A stretch of DNA of 64,000 nt from Octopus sinensis (lineage: Eukaryota), in contig NC_043006.1 in NCBI RefSeq assembly GCF_006345805.1, positions 81,840,001 to 81,904,000 of the forward strand. The letters are read 5' to 3'. Numbering within the stretch: the stretch's first letter is position 1; the number at the start of each line of letters is the position of its first letter. The translations under genes and the position numbers were made by a program. Below the pieces are notes generated by a model, which did no database searches, was not told where the DNA came from, and saw only the letters and a list, made by a program, of their open reading frames with translations. This document shows, piece after piece, positions 1 through 14,108 of this stretch.

Positions 1-400
1 ACTTTTGGTGGTTTGCTGTGCTCAAGAAGACGTGTGAAGCCAAATAAAATCGTAGATGTGGCCAGTGCAGGTGACTTGTAACAGCTTCTGTGACAGTGAC
101 ACGTAAAAGCACCTGTGCCAGTGACATGTAAAAGCACCCCGTCTCGGTGACACATAAAACCACCCATGCCGGTGAAACAAAATAGTATCCATGCCGGTGA
201 CATGTAAAAGTCACCCACAACACTTTCGATGTAGATGGAATTAGGAAGGGCATCAAACAATAGAAACAAAGCCAAATTCAGATTGGAATCTGGTGCAGCT
301 TTCTGGCTTTGCAGTTCTAGTCAAGCTGTCTATCCCACACCAGCATAGAAAGCAGACGTTAAATGATGGTGCAGATGGTGATGATGATGATGATGATATA
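1..400 (+). mobile_element. RTE LINE 3' end (family C), cut by window edge
   Basis: FWWFAVLKKTCEAK*, then repeated CACGTAAAAGCACC units and a (GAT)n tail. Confidence 0.7.
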
Positions 401-1789
401 TATATATATCGTCAGTGGACCAAATATCCGAAAAGGAAGCCCACTCTAGACTTTAGAGTAGTGATGTATTTACAGGAAGTTTTTATTCTTTTACTTGTTC
501 CATTTATTTGACTGCAGCCATGCTGGATCACCACCTTAAAGGTTTTTTAGCCAAACAAATGACCCAAGAACTTATTCTTTGTAAATCTAGTACTTATTCT
601 ATAGGTACCGTTAGCTGAACCACTAATTTACGGGAACCTAAACGCATTAGCATCAGTTGTCAAGTGACGGCAGGCGGACAAATGCAAACACACACACACA
701 AATATATATTTATATGATAAGCCTCTTTTAGTTTCTGTCTACCAAATCCAGTCACAAGGCTTTGGTTAGCCTGAGGCCATAGCAGAAGACACTTGCCCAA
801 GGTGCCACGCAGTGGGACTGAACCCAGAACCATATGATTGAGAGGCAAGCTTCTTACCACATAGCCACACTTGTGCCTAAATAAAACTTAGATATGTTTC
901 GATCAAAGATTGGCTCAGGCAATGTCTAACTTAATAGCACCAGCCGATAGGAATTGTTGAGTCATTTTTAAGTTACATTTTGCGGTATCTTGGCTAATGC
1001 AAGAGAGCCCTTGGTTGAGATGTATAGAGGTATGCGTAGGTGGTTTTATAACACGAGGTATTATAAACCGCACTTGTAATTCAAAGCTCCAGCCTTGTCA
1101 CACTCTATCACGCTGATTCTGCTTGAGAATTAAAGTAAGAGTACACATGTCGATGGTATATTCAGCCACTTTGCACGGTAACTCCATGTATAGGTTTCCG
1201 ACTTCTTCGGAACACGAGTATGAAAGATAGACATGAAAACATGTCATAAAGTTTATTTATAATGTGAATATTATATTAGTGGTAGTGTAAAGCATCACAT
1301 ACGGACAGAAACGTGTAAGTGCAACATCATCGTTAAGTCACGAAGGGGAAAAACAAAACAAATAGCGAACATAATATTAAACGTGAAATCAAGAAAACAA
1401 TGAAGTTACATGTCAAAGGGAAGTAACTCTAAATAGTTTTCTACAACCGGTGTAAAAGCTTCAAGCTATCTGAAATGTATTTCAAATAAACCCGAAGTCT
1501 GAATTACAGGCACGCATGGATACAGCGGGAATTATCAACATGCTACAGGATCTGAAGCTAGACTAAGCAGCGTATTTATGATGTCCCTATCGTTGCGTAC
1601 AAACACGCACGCGTGTGTATGAATACGCACACGGCAAACATTCGCACTTTCGTACATACACACATACATGCAATATGAAGGAAATTTGACTGGAAAGGGT
1701 CTGAGGGAGATTTGGTGTTTCTTATTTCTTATTTCTTTACTGCCCACAAGGGGCTACACACAGAGGGGAAAACAAGGATGGTGGCAGGG

Positions 1790-3500
1790 CGATCTTCACG
1801 ATGGAGTCAGTTGATAGCTGGAGCAGGTGTTCGATATAAACCCACAAGTCAGCAATGCTCGGGCACTGGATGGGTATATACAAGACTGTTTCGTCGCCCT
1901 GCTCTCACCTCCATGCCTGCAGAGTTTATCCCAAATCAACAATACTCCTTGGTTGTACTGTCAGGCCAGGGATTTCTGAAAGTTCTTCATGAGCTCCGGT
2001 TCCTCATTGACAAATGCCAGCCTCTTTGCTAACGCCTTTGTCAAAATTTTGAAGTCTTCTGTGATCCCCCTTGTTTGGATCCTTTCTTAGCAGTGTCACC
2101 ACTCCTCAACTCATAGAATTGGAAATTCTCCCAATTTTGCTGCCAGTTGAGGTAGATATCTACCAAAAGGCTGCCAAACACGTCCGGCATATGGAAGTAA
2201 AGCTATAGGGCGGACCATCCAAATCAGGCAATTGGATCCCCATGCAACTCATCAGCGCAACCCGTATTTCCACAGCTGTTATCAGCTTTGCGCAACACTA
2301 AGCTCCGCTGTCCAAGAGTCGTGGCATGCTTTCAATGTAGGCACTGAAATCCATTCTGCACTCCAGATTGCCATTCGTCTCAAACAGTTGGGCTAAGTGC
2401 TGCTGAAATGCTGCAAATGTTTGCCCGGGCTTGAGTACCATGCGCCCTGAAATACCACACACATCTGCTTGTGCTCAAGTACTATGCACCCATTTTGGTC
2501 CACCAAAGATCGAACTGTGACATTGTTACCACGTTGTGCCTCTACTACTCTGGCCCATCGAGTGGCTTTCATTCCTTCTTGTCTTAGAGCACGCACCTTA
2601 GCTCTGACAATGCAACCTTGTGTTTAGCATTGAAGAATTATTTGAGGGCCAAACTTGCTGCTGGCACGTGGGCTGCAATGACTTTCCTAAGTGCCTCTTC
2701 TAAGTTTCTAACTAATTTCCCTTCTATTTTATTCCTTTCTATCACTAATACCTTACTAAACCCAACTGATTCTACTCTAATTGCTCTTTTCCATTTGTTG
2801 TTAACGATTGACCACCGTCAAAGCCCTCAAAACTAATTCCCTAATCCAGTCTCTGCAAGCTTAGCACACCGGGGGGTAAAGCATTTAGCTTCTAGTTACC
2901 AGGTCCCTGCCTTCTAAGCCTGTCTTGGTTTTGATCTGTGTCGCCGACCAGTTTCAAAAGTGGACAACTTATACTATCTTTATCTACTGGCCTACAGAAT
3001 ACCCAAGTCTAGGTACGACCTGTATGGCCCGATACGATTTGTCCATGTCCACATTGGAACACCAGGGAAATCCAGTCGATACCTGTCAGATAATTGGAAA
3101 TGTCTGAGCAGGTTTGTGAAGCTTTATCACCCTCTCTTCTATCCGATAGCCTCAAACAGGCCAAACGTGGCTCTAAGACAGCATTCTAGTCACCCACTAA
3201 CACTAAAAGTCGGGACGTTCCTAGGAAAACCTCTAGACATCTAAAGAAATCCTGTCGGAACATAATCAGCCACCACTCTAAGGCACCCCCGTCATTACTG
3301 TTCACATCCAGAACCACCAACTTAACTTCTGGATCCAGGAAGATAGTCCTTATTTTAAGATTCAAGCCTCTCTAGATCAATACCGCCATTCCACCCCATT
3401 CCTGGTTGACACGGAAATAAATATATCTCGTATCCACCAAAAATTAGGCCTTGTCTCCTCTGAGGTGAACTTCGCCTTGACAGTCCCATATATCTTCCCT
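1790..3500 (-). mobile_element. Degenerate L1/Tx1-type non-LTR retrotransposon ORF2 fragment (APE endonuclease, linker, start of RT)
   Basis: Frameshifted translation gives GGMAVLI..LDPEVKLVVLDV, RVVADYVPT..FF..LVLVGD*NAVL, WTWTN..SYLD, DLDGPPY..PDVFG and DFKILTKALAKRLA, typical of APE and RT domains. Confidence 0.85.
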
Positions 3501-5533
3501 CTGGCTATGTAAGTTTTGCTTTTCCAAATGATTTTAAATTTTAGCATATTTTATCAACCCCAAAAGGATGAAAGGCAAAGTTGACCTCAGCAGAATTTGA
3601 ACTCAGATGGTAAAGACAGACAAAATGCCACTGAGCATTTTACCTGGTGCGCTAACAATTTTGCAAGCTCACCACCTTAAGATCCTTCCCGAGTCATATA
3701 AACTCATAAGGGCCAGTTTCCCGGTTTCCATGGCATATGTATTCCCCCCACCCCTGGATGGGACACCAGTCCGTTGCTGGACTACTTAATTTTGCCAGCT
3801 GAGTGGACTGGAGCAATGTGAAATGAAGTGTTTTATTCAAGAACACAACACGTTGCCCAGTGCAGGAATCGAAACTACAATCTTACAATCATGAGTTCGA
3901 AACCTTAACCACAAAGCCACATGCCTCCAAGATAATAATAATAATAATCCTTTCTACTAAAGGTACAAGGTCTGAAATTTAGCAGGTCGGTTTAAGTCGA
4001 TTACATCAACCCCAATGTTTCACTGGTACTTAAGTTATTGACCCTGGCATGCTAGTGGTTCTGCCAGCTTGCCGTCTTGATGATAATAAATTATAATGGT
4101 TTCAAATTTTGTCACAAGGGCATCAGTTTTGGGGTAGGGATGAGTCGATTACATTGACCCCAGTGTTCAACTGGTACTTAATTTATCAACCCCGAAAGGA
4201 TGAAAGGCAAAGTCGACCTGGGCGGAATTTGAACTCAGAACATAGCAGCAGACAAAATACCTATTTCTTTATTACCCACAAGGGGCTAAACATAGAAGGA
4301 ACAAACAAGGACAGACAAAGGTATTAAGTCAATTACAGCGACCCCAGTGCATAACTGGTACTTAATTTATTGACCCTGAAAGGATGAAAGGCAAAGTCGA
4401 CCTCGGCGGAATTTGAACTCACGACGTAACAGCAGACGAAATACCGCTAAGTATTTCACCTGGCATGCTAGTAATTCTGCCAGCTCATCACCTTAATAAC
4501 AACAACAACAATAATAATAAAGTTTGTGTGAAGTGGGGTAGGTAGGTATATATAAAGAATTCCTTGAAGAAAAATATAATTTTAATGATATTATTTATTC
4601 ATTAAGTTACAAAAACAATTTACAAAATAATATATTTGACATTGTTTAGATTTTTTTCCTCATTTTTGCTTCCAACATTATTTTTCTCCATTAATTATTC
4701 ACAGTTAGTTGAAAACAAGTGAGCCCGCATTTGGCTTCTGAGCCTGTTAGAAATAGCAGCCAAATCTTCTTTGAATTACACACTATAGACTTTTACTAGA
4801 AAAAGACACACTAGGTAATGTTTTTGATATACAAAATGGAGTGGGACTGGAATGAGTGGTTGGAATACCTTTGGTCATAGGTCTGTCAAGTGGTTCATAT
4901 GCATTCAACTAGTTCTTAAGCAAATTTTCTTTTACTTATTGTAAGATCTGAATCTACTATTTTCAGCTAAGTGCAGGCATGGCTGTGTGGTAAGAAGCTT
5001 GCTTCTCAACCACATGGTTCTGGGTTCATCCCAGTGTGGTACCTTGGGCAAGTGTCTTCTACAATAACCTTGGGATGACCAAAACCTTGTGAGTGGATTT
5101 GGTAGATGAAAACTGAAAGAAATCTGTCATATATGCATGTGTGTGTGCGAGAGAGAGAGAGAGAGAGAGTGTGTGTGTGTGTTTGTCCCCCACCACTGCT
5201 TGACAATCGTCAATGGTGAATTTGTATTTGTCCACCATCACTGCTTGACAGTTGTCATTGTCATTGGTGAGTTTGTATCCCTGTAACTTAGTGGTTCAGC
5301 AAAAGAGACCAACAGAATAAGTACCAGGCTTAAAAAAGACATACAAGTATTGGGGGTGGTGATTAATTCCATTAAAAAAATTTTAAGGTGATGCTCCACC
5401 TGGCTGTAGTCTAATGACTGAAATAAGTAAAAGATAAAAGACGAGAGATAAATTATGGGTGAGTTTTGTAATTAATCCTTTCATTTTTGTCTACTGATAC
5501 CTGTTCAAGAAAGCTCACATCACCACTCCTTAA

Positions 5534-5719
5534 CCCTTTAGTGTTTAAACTGGCCATATCAGGCCAGCTCTGACCTCTCACACCTATCCTACAAAGTCAT
5601 TCTAAAATTAAACAGGGACATCATCAAAATCTCAGAGCTACAAGATGCTGTACAATTAATTTAAAACAATGTAATTAAACAGGCTTTACATTTGACAGAG
5701 TAATCTGATTGCTAAAGGG
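5534..5719. mobile_element. 186 bp piggyBac-like MITE
   Basis: TTAA|CCCTTTAG ... CTAAAGGG|TTAA (TTAA duplication plus terminal inverted repeats). Confidence 0.8.
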
Positions 5720-7743
5720 TTAAATACTATATAAAAATAATTCTGATTGTGTTATTTGCTTTATTAATTCCAGCTTTTTAATTAGTTTTGTGTATGTGTG
5801 TGCATGCCTCTGTGTGTGTGTGTGTGCGTGTGTGTGTGCATGATTGAGTGAATGGTTTAAGGAGATTGCTTCACATTTACAAGGTTGCAGGTTCCATCCC
5901 AATGCCTGGCACCTTGACCAAATGTCATCTACCCAAGCCTCAGGTCAACACAAGCTTATCACTAAATATCAGAAGGAACCTGTACCTGTTCATACAAAAA
6001 ATAGGCTTTGTCTCACAAACAAGGTCATGCTAATTCCACCCCAAAATTACATTCCATGTATCAGAGTCTGTGGAATACATAACTACTGATACCAGTAATT
6101 AAATTAGTGGGCAATTCTATGGAACAAACAACTAGAATACTTGTCATAAAAGCTGCTCACCATTTTATTTTACCCTTTTTTTTTAATATGGAAATCAGCC
6201 TTTATAATGTATGTATTGTAATTCCTTATCTGCTTTCACTCAGGTTTAAAATTTTTTTTTTTTTTTTAAATTTAATTTTATTTATCCAAATATTCATTTA
6301 ATTTAGCGATATGGTAGTTTATAAAAACTCCTGATTTTGCAACACTTACTGAGTCAATCTTTGACTTGTCTCTGCAAGCAATGACTCTCCCTGTCTTTGA
6401 ATAAATGAAACCCATATGAAATATAAAAAACAAAGAAATTAGGAGAAAAAAGAAGGAAATTTGGCAATCAAAGCAGCCAGTTTATAAAAAATAATACAGG
6501 TAAATTTACTTTTTTTTTCCTTTTTTATTATTTATTTTTTTATTTTTTGTTTTAATTGAGCGGTGGATAAATTCAGTGTCAATGAAACTGATCTCAGTAT
6601 TTGATTGATACTTTATATTATCATTTCCAGTAAAAGGATGAATAAATGGTGAGGATGACCTTGGTGAGATTTTAATTCAGAATGTACAGGTTGATAGCTA
6701 AATACCACAGGGAATTTTCTTAGAAGTTCTGATGACTTTTCTCCATCCATCAACTTAATAATAATCAGAGGAAGAAGAGTAGTTTCAAATTTTGGCACAG
6801 AGTAGGAATTAGTCAATTACATCAGCTTCAGTGCTTAATAGGTACTTATTCTATTGTCCTCAAAAGGATGAAAGGCAAACTCAAACTTAGTGGGATTTGA
6901 ACTCAGAATGTAAAGAACCAAAAGAAATACTGCTGAGCACTTTGTTCAATGCCCTAATTCTTTCTAACTTTGACACAAAGCTAGCAATTTTGAAGGGAAG
7001 GAGGTAAGTACATTATATTGACCCCCAGTACTTCTCTGGTACTTTATTATCTCCGAAAGTATGAAAGACAATTTGACCTAAGCTGAATTTGAACTTTGGA
7101 CATAAAGAGTCAAAAGAAATGCTGTTATACATTTTATTTGCCCAACTCTGCTAGCTGACCACCTTGTAATTATTATTACTGCTCCTAATAGTTATAACAA
7201 TAATAATTGCTTGTAATTTAAGTACAAGAACTAAAATTTGGAGTGAAGGATTTTGTTGATAAAACCAACCCTAGTGCTTGACTGGTATTTTATCACCCGT
7301 GAGAGGGATGAAGGATAAAGTTGACTTCAGTGGGATTTGAACTTTGAAAGTAAAGTGCTGGAACAAATACCACAAAGGTGGCAAGCTGGCAGAAACGTTA
7401 GCATGCCGGGCGAAATGCCTAGTGGTATTTCGTCTGCCATTACATTCTGAGTTCAACTTCCACCGAGGTCGACTTTGCCTTCCATCCTTTCAGGGTTGAT
7501 TAAATAAGTACCAGTTAATCACTGGGGTCAATGTAATCGACTTAATCCCCTTGTCTGTCCTTGTTTGTTCCCTCTATGTTTAGCACCCTATGGGCATTTT
7601 TGTCTAATACTCTAGTGATTACACCAATCCACCACTTTTAATGATAATAATAATAATACATAGTAAAATATAGTTTATATTTGAATATCTGGAATGTAAA
7701 AAGAACACAATATAAATTTGCAAAGACTTGATATGTATGAGTA

Positions 7744-7774
<31 letters not shown>

Positions 7775-9382
7775 TGTGTGTGTGTGTGTGTGCATGCTTG
7801 TATGTATGTATTCTTTCCAACGACCCTTTCCCATTCTTACATTTTATACTTGTCTATCTTCTGATGAAGAGCTAACATCCGAAATGTCAAGACTCTTACC
7901 CTTCTTTTTAAACATTAAACTTATACATTTGCTAAAACCTGTCCCTCCCATGATGCCTTCATTTTGCGCTCATTATCTATGCACACACACACAAACACAT
8001 TAGCTTCTCTTTTACTCTGTATACACAGCTAGCTTTAAACTGTCCTCCTTGTATCTTGTCCCCTCCCCATCTTTTCTTATTTTATTATCAATATTGTCAA
8101 GGGTGAAATGCTGCTTTTTTGTTTCCTTCTCTACTTTCTAAAGAATTTTAAACATCTGCATATATGAAATTAGAGACACTTCTTAACTAGAAAATATTCA
8201 TCATTGAAGAAACAATATAAATGACCCAAGACCCATGGTATTAGTGGTTGTGGTGGTGGTGGTGGAGGTGGTGATGATGAGGCAGAACATAAAATCTGTG
8301 TTACTCGTCAAGGCACAAATGGTGTATTATAGAACAGTTTAAACTAACATTCTTTTTTTTTTTTTTAAGATAAAAGAAAAATAATAAAGATATAATGTTC
8401 AAATCGACCAATATTTATAGATAATTGGGGTGAGAAGTAGGGAGTAGTAAGAGACCCTTTTTATTTATTTTTTATTAGTTTATTTTTTGTAATCAAGGTA
8501 AAAAGTATTTATATAAGGGATCAAAAGTAACTGCAAACATATAAGAAAATTTAGTACTTGATTTTTATGTACTTATTAACAGCTTAATTAATTGAACTGA
8601 AGCTGTTTCGTCATCTGTCATAATAAACAGATCATGGAATTTGCTTGTGTCCATATTTAGGGTCACTGGTGTGTTGAGTTGTGTCCCTTTGTGTTACGGA
8701 AAGTAATTTTGACATGGTTTCACATGCTGGTGCCACATAAAAAACATCCAGTCCACATGTAAAGTGGTTGGAGTTTGGAAGGGCATTCAGCGGTAAAGAC
8801 CATGCCAAAACTGACCACGCCTGCGCTTCTGCCAATTAAAAAGCACTCAGTCCACTCTGCTGGGTGGTTAGTGTTAGGGAGAGCATTCAGCCATAAAAAC
8901 CATGCCAAAACAAACACAGAAGTCTCGTACAGACTTCTGCCCAGCCAGCTGTTAAACCATCTAACCCATGCCAAAATATGATGATGATGAGGAGGTGGAG
9001 GATGACGACGACGACGATGACAATGATGAATAAATATAAGAAACAGGTTGGAACAAACACTGGAATTGAAATCATCGACTAAAACCCTAAATAGTGTTGC
9101 CCCAGCATGGCAACCTTCTAAAGGCTGAAACCAGTAAAAGAATAAATAGAATAAATAATATAAACTTGGCTGCAATTACAAGACAGATATAAAGATGAAC
9201 CCATGTTCACTACATTATACTTGCTGAATATCTGATGGTTCAGTTAGCATCAGCACAAGCCACCAAGATTGCAAAATAACCATCCCGAAAAAATATTGCT
9301 TTCTTTAAAGGTAACATTAAAACAAAAATGAAATAGGTTTGATTTTACACCTTAATAATAAATATATACTGAAGTCACTGTG

Positions 9383-9710
9383 ATGGCGCATAGCTTAGTG
9401 GTTAGAGTGATGATCTTACAGCCGTGAGGTTGTGAGTTTGAAACCTGGACCGAGCTGCGTGTTGTGTCCTTGAGCAAGACACTTTATTTCACATTGCTCC
9501 AGTTCACTCAGATGTAGAAATGAGTTGCGACGTCACAGGTGCTAAGTTGTATCGGTCTTTGCCTTTCCCTTGGATGACATCAGTGGCATTGAGAGGGGAG
9601 GCTGGTATGCATGGGTGACTGCTGGTCTTCCATAAACAACCTCGCCCGGACTTGTGTCTAAGAGGGTAACTTTCTAAGTGCAATCCCATGGTGACTGAAG
9701 GGGGTCTCCT
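9383..9710 (+). mobile_element. tRNA-headed SINE family G
   Basis: TAGCTTAGTGG A box and GTGTCCTTGAGCAAGACACTT core. Minus copies at 3690-3930, 20400-20600 and 37370-37930. Confidence 0.7.
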
Positions 9711-11094
9711 ACTGAAGTCACTATTTTTATCCCCTTCTAGTTCCATCTGATATCTTTCACATTCTTTTCTAAAATGTAAGGAATCGTGTAGCACCTCTAC
9801 AGCAAGAAACCTATTCTGCTCTGACCCTCTTCGCCCATACTTTAACCCTTCATCTAACATGGAGCTACCCTCTCTTAGAGTTGGTAGTCTTGCAAGTTAC
9901 ATAGTATTGGTTGTATGAAAAAAAAAAAAAACAGCATCCAGCTTATGTTGTAAAATAATTAGTGTTAGGAAGGGCATCCAGACACAGAAACCATGCCAAA
10001 GCAGTCCCAGGAACATGAAACAATTCTTGGACCCATGTGATCCTGTCAAACTGTCCAACCCATGCCAGCATGGAAGATGAATATCAAATGATGATGACAA
10101 GTAGTAGTAGTAGTAGTTAGCACCATTTCATCCTGTATGTAAATAATCCGATCCATAAATACAGATTTCTAATGATCAGCTAAAAACAAGACCAAATCAA
10201 TATATTTTGCTGCCGTTTACTGTTGTTCTGTTACTTAATATAATTCTTCTGCCAAGAATTTCACTTGACTTTTTTAAAGAACATGAAGCTGTGATTCTAG
10301 TATATAAAATATCTTCTACCTCTTACTTGTTTCAGTTATTGGATTGCAGCCATGCTGGGGCACTGCCTTGAAATGTTTTAGCCTGAGAAATTGATACCAG
10401 AATTAATTTTTTTTTTTTTTTTAGTCTGGCTACTTGTTGTATTGGTCCCTTTTACCAAACTGTTTAAGTTTCAGGGACATAAACAAACAATACACCAGTG
10501 TGAGGGGACAAATACAAATACACACACATATATACATACGTATGTATGTATGCACATACATGCATCTTATACATAAATGGCAATTTCTGTCCGTCTGTTA
10601 CCATCTTGCTGCCTACACCAGTGAACCAATCTTGATGAAACTTTGCATACATGTTAAACTAATATCCAGTTGAATTATAGGCTAATTGGATTTCAATAAA
10701 AATCTATAATGGATGGGGATGAAGCACATGTTTACAAATCAATAACATATCTACTGATATGAATTAAGTAAAGCTTTTGTAAGGCTCAACCATGCTCTCC
10801 TTCATGTAAACAGTATGCAACCTTTGTGAGAACAACTCAGCTTTCCAAAAGGAAAACAATTCTGCATGCAGCACCCATATGTCACACTAAGGTCACATTA
10901 AGGACACAGTCAACTGCAGGATTCGTGGATAGGACATGGAACAATGTAATGACCAATGACCTGGAAGTTGATTAACCATGAGATTAACTTGATGAATTGA
11001 ATCCCAAATCACCATAACTTCTTAATCTTTTTTATCATGCAATGTGAGATATGGCCATGTTATGATAAGCTATAACATGCAACCATGTCAGCTA

Positions 11095-11500
11095 TAATCA
11101 TCAACATCATCGTTTAACATCTGCTTTCCATGCTAGCATGGGTTGGACGATTTTGACTGAGGGCTGGCGAACCAGATGGCTGCACCAGGCTCCAATCTTG
11201 ATCTGGCAGAGTTTCTACAGCTGGATGCCCTTCCTAATGCCAACCACTCCGAGAGTGTAGTGGGTGCTTTTTACGTGCCACTGGCACAGGGGCCAGTCAG
11301 GCGGTACTGGCAATGACCTTGCTCAAATCGTTTTACACGTGCCAGTGAAGTGACATTGGTAATGATCATGCTCGAATGGTGCCCTTTTACATGCCACGGG
11401 TATGGAAGCCAGTTGGCTGCTCTGGTAACGATCACACTCGGATGGTGCTCTTGGCACCCTACTAGCACAGGCACAGGTGCCAGTAAGGCGACATGCAGGC
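11095..11500 (-). mobile_element. Family C RTE 3' UTR copy
   Basis: Shares GGTTGGCATTAGGAAGGGCATCCAGCTGTAGAAAC..CATGCTAGCATGGAAAGC..(GAT)n. Confidence 0.8.
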
Positions 11501-12227
11501 TATTTGTCAATGTATTTGTAAATCTATTTATCTAATTTATTTCACTCAGATGCATATTCATTTGGTAAAATAAAATAGGGACATTCTTTATTCACCCCCT
11601 AATCGAATTAATAGTTTGTAATACCTACCTTTAACAATAAACGATGGGCTGGGCATGAAGACAGGAAAGGGGATAGAACATGGAACAGATTAATGGTAAA
11701 TGGGAACTGGGTATAACCCCCGCTTTCCCAGTATTACTGGTCAACTTATCTATTTTACTCAGAAGCATATTTGTTTGTTAAAATGATATACTCTCTTACT
11801 CGCTTCAATCATTTGACAGTGGCCATGCTGGAACACCACCTTTAGTCAAGCAAATCGACTAAACCCTTCAAGATGGTACTCCAGCTTGGCTGCAGTCCAA
11901 TAACTGAAGCAAGTAAAAGAATGAAAGACTGCAAGTCTTACATTAGAGAACATTGAATCAAAGGCTTAATTTTCCTTTTTACATTTAGAGACAAATATTT
12001 AAACCACTGTCTTAAGAGAGATGAGAAATAAGACTGAATGACATTTATGTCTTTCTAAACAGTATAAGCAATACATATAAAGTCGCAACAGCTACTTCCA
12101 CCTTGGAATGCAAACCACACTTTAGCTCTCAGCATCCCACAGGTTTGAGTTTTTATTCAATGATGTTTATAGACAAGTAAGAGCATTGAACTGAACAAAA
12201 GAAGAACTAATATCTACTCTGAAGTAC

Positions 12228-12310
<83 letters not shown>

Positions 12311-12509
12311 GACCGCTCATTCTTACTTAATACAGACAGTGAGTGTTGCAAAGGTCACCGGCCCAGAATGGTTTATTTTCATTAGGGATAAGTAGTTACA
12401 AATGTGACAACATATAACTGCACTCATACTCTCTCTCTCTCTCTTTCTCTCTTGCTCCTCTACCTCTCACACATTTATAAACCAATCAATAGAAGTCTAC
12501 TTTCTTTAA

Positions 12510-12885
12510 CCATTTTAATACCAAACCACCTGAGACTAGCCCTGGTTCTACAATACAAACGTCCTGTTTCAGATTGACCTAAACACCTTCCATGAAAATT
12601 TCATAATAAAGTATGTTGTAAATTCTAGCTTAATAAAACCTAAGTTATTTTTCCTAAATTCTTCATAATTTTTAAACATTAACTGAAATGAAGGTGGTGT
12701 ATTTTAACAGAAATATTGTAACAAAAGTGTTAAAGTGTTCAGAATTAAAATCTTCCTTCAAAATTTATGTTCCAAATATCAGATTAAAATGACTAAGTTA
12801 TTTTGCTGAATTCTTCATTATTTTCAAGCATTAACTGAAATGATGGCAGTGTATTTCATTCAGAATCTTGTAATGAAAGAGCTAA
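12510..12885. mobile_element. TTAA-flanked MITE copy (12510-12729) followed by a partial tandem unit
   Basis: TTAA|CCATTTT ... AAAAGTG|TTAA; similar units recur at 14113-14500. Confidence 0.65.
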
Positions 12886-13318
12886 CCATTGAGTCATGGA
12901 GTCTCTAATCAACCTTTTTTTATAGAGAGATCTTTTCAAAGAATATTCCACACAATATCCCCCATTACATATCAATATTCAATCCAGTGCCATGTAGACC
13001 AACTGAAAGGTTAAAATGCAGGGTTTAAAAAAATTAATATTTGTATATCAATAAAAATGTACTTTATAGATGTGTAAAATGGACAAATTTAGAAACCAAT
13101 TCAAAACTCAAATACCAATCAAACTCAACAATTAAAATACAACACACCTCAATAAACTACTTAACAACAATTCTGTACATTTTTGGTAAGTGGGAAATGT
13201 CCCACAGTTTTGAAAAAATAGGGATCACAATTGAGCCTCAAATAATGTCCATGAATAATTCAAGTAGTTCTCTTTTCAACTGCATATCAGAAATTGGGGA
13301 AAAACTGCAAGATTTTAA

Positions 13319-14108
13319 CCCTTTTGTTACCAAACCAACTGAGAATGCTCCTGATTCTAAAGATACAAACTTCATGTTAGAAGGTGATCTAAATAAAAAC
13401 CTTCCAGCAAAATTTCGTGAAAATTTATGTTCTAAATACTGGGTTGTCCGGAAAGTTCATGCTGATTTTTAAAGGAAAGAAAAAGGTCAATAAATACTTG
13501 CCATTACATTTTTAATCAACCAAATATGAACCATTTTGTTGCATAATGCATCTCCAGCTTTCCTTTAACTTGAAAATACCCTCTTCCCAGAATTGAGGTG
13601 GTTTCATGGTAAAGAATTCATCAAGGTACCTTGTTATGTCTTCCAAGGAATTGAAATTTTTATCATTAAGACTATTCTGCAGAGACCTGAATAAGTGGAG
13701 ATCCGAAGAAGCAATATCTGGTGAATATGGAGGGTGGGGTAACACATCCCAACCGAGCTGCAGCAATTTTTGTCTGGTTCCCAAAACATCAAGTGCTGAA
13801 AATGAACTTTCTTATCTTCCATTTTAAAGGGTTACAGAATTAACACAGGTTATAGGAACATAAACCTTCTTCCATGAAAAGATAGCTTAAACTGTGCTCT
13901 AAATGGAGGTGTAGTCAAATCCTATTTTATGGACTCAAACATGTTCTAAAATAAGTCGAAAGGTAAGCTACTATAAATTGGCATGAACTTTCTGGGCAAC
14001 TCAATACAAGCTTCATAACAACAAAGTTATTTTACTAAAGTATTCATTCTTCCCAAAATTAATTGAAACAAGGCAATGTATTTCCACAGAAATGTAGTAG
14101 CAAAGGGG
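13319..14108. mobile_element. TTAA-flanked piggyBac-like MITE (~220 bp) interrupted by the mariner
   Basis: TTAA|CCCTTT ... AAAGGGG|TTAA; aligns with the uninterrupted copy at 12510-12729. Confidence 0.75.
13439..14004 (-). mobile_element. Internally deleted mariner (Tc1/mariner) element with both TIRs
   Basis: ~30 bp TIRs (ctgggttgtccggaaagttcatgctgattt / ttgagttgcccagaaagttcatgccaattt) with TA on both sides; N-terminus MEDKKVHFQH joined to C-terminus WDVLPHPPYSPDIASSDLHLFRSL (ORF 13512..13784). Confidence 0.93.

Noticed and set aside
60-210. Short repeats with spacers (CACGTAAAAGCACC units) reminiscent of a CRISPR array
   Set aside because: Eukaryotic context, irregular degenerate units, no cas genes; these are part of the RTE 3' UTR.
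13041-13472. 143-aa plus-strand ORF (also open antisense) that looks like an exon
   Set aside because: Its 3' portion (from 13315) is the TTAA MITE that aligns with 12510-12729 and runs into the mariner TIR; there is no recognisable homology.
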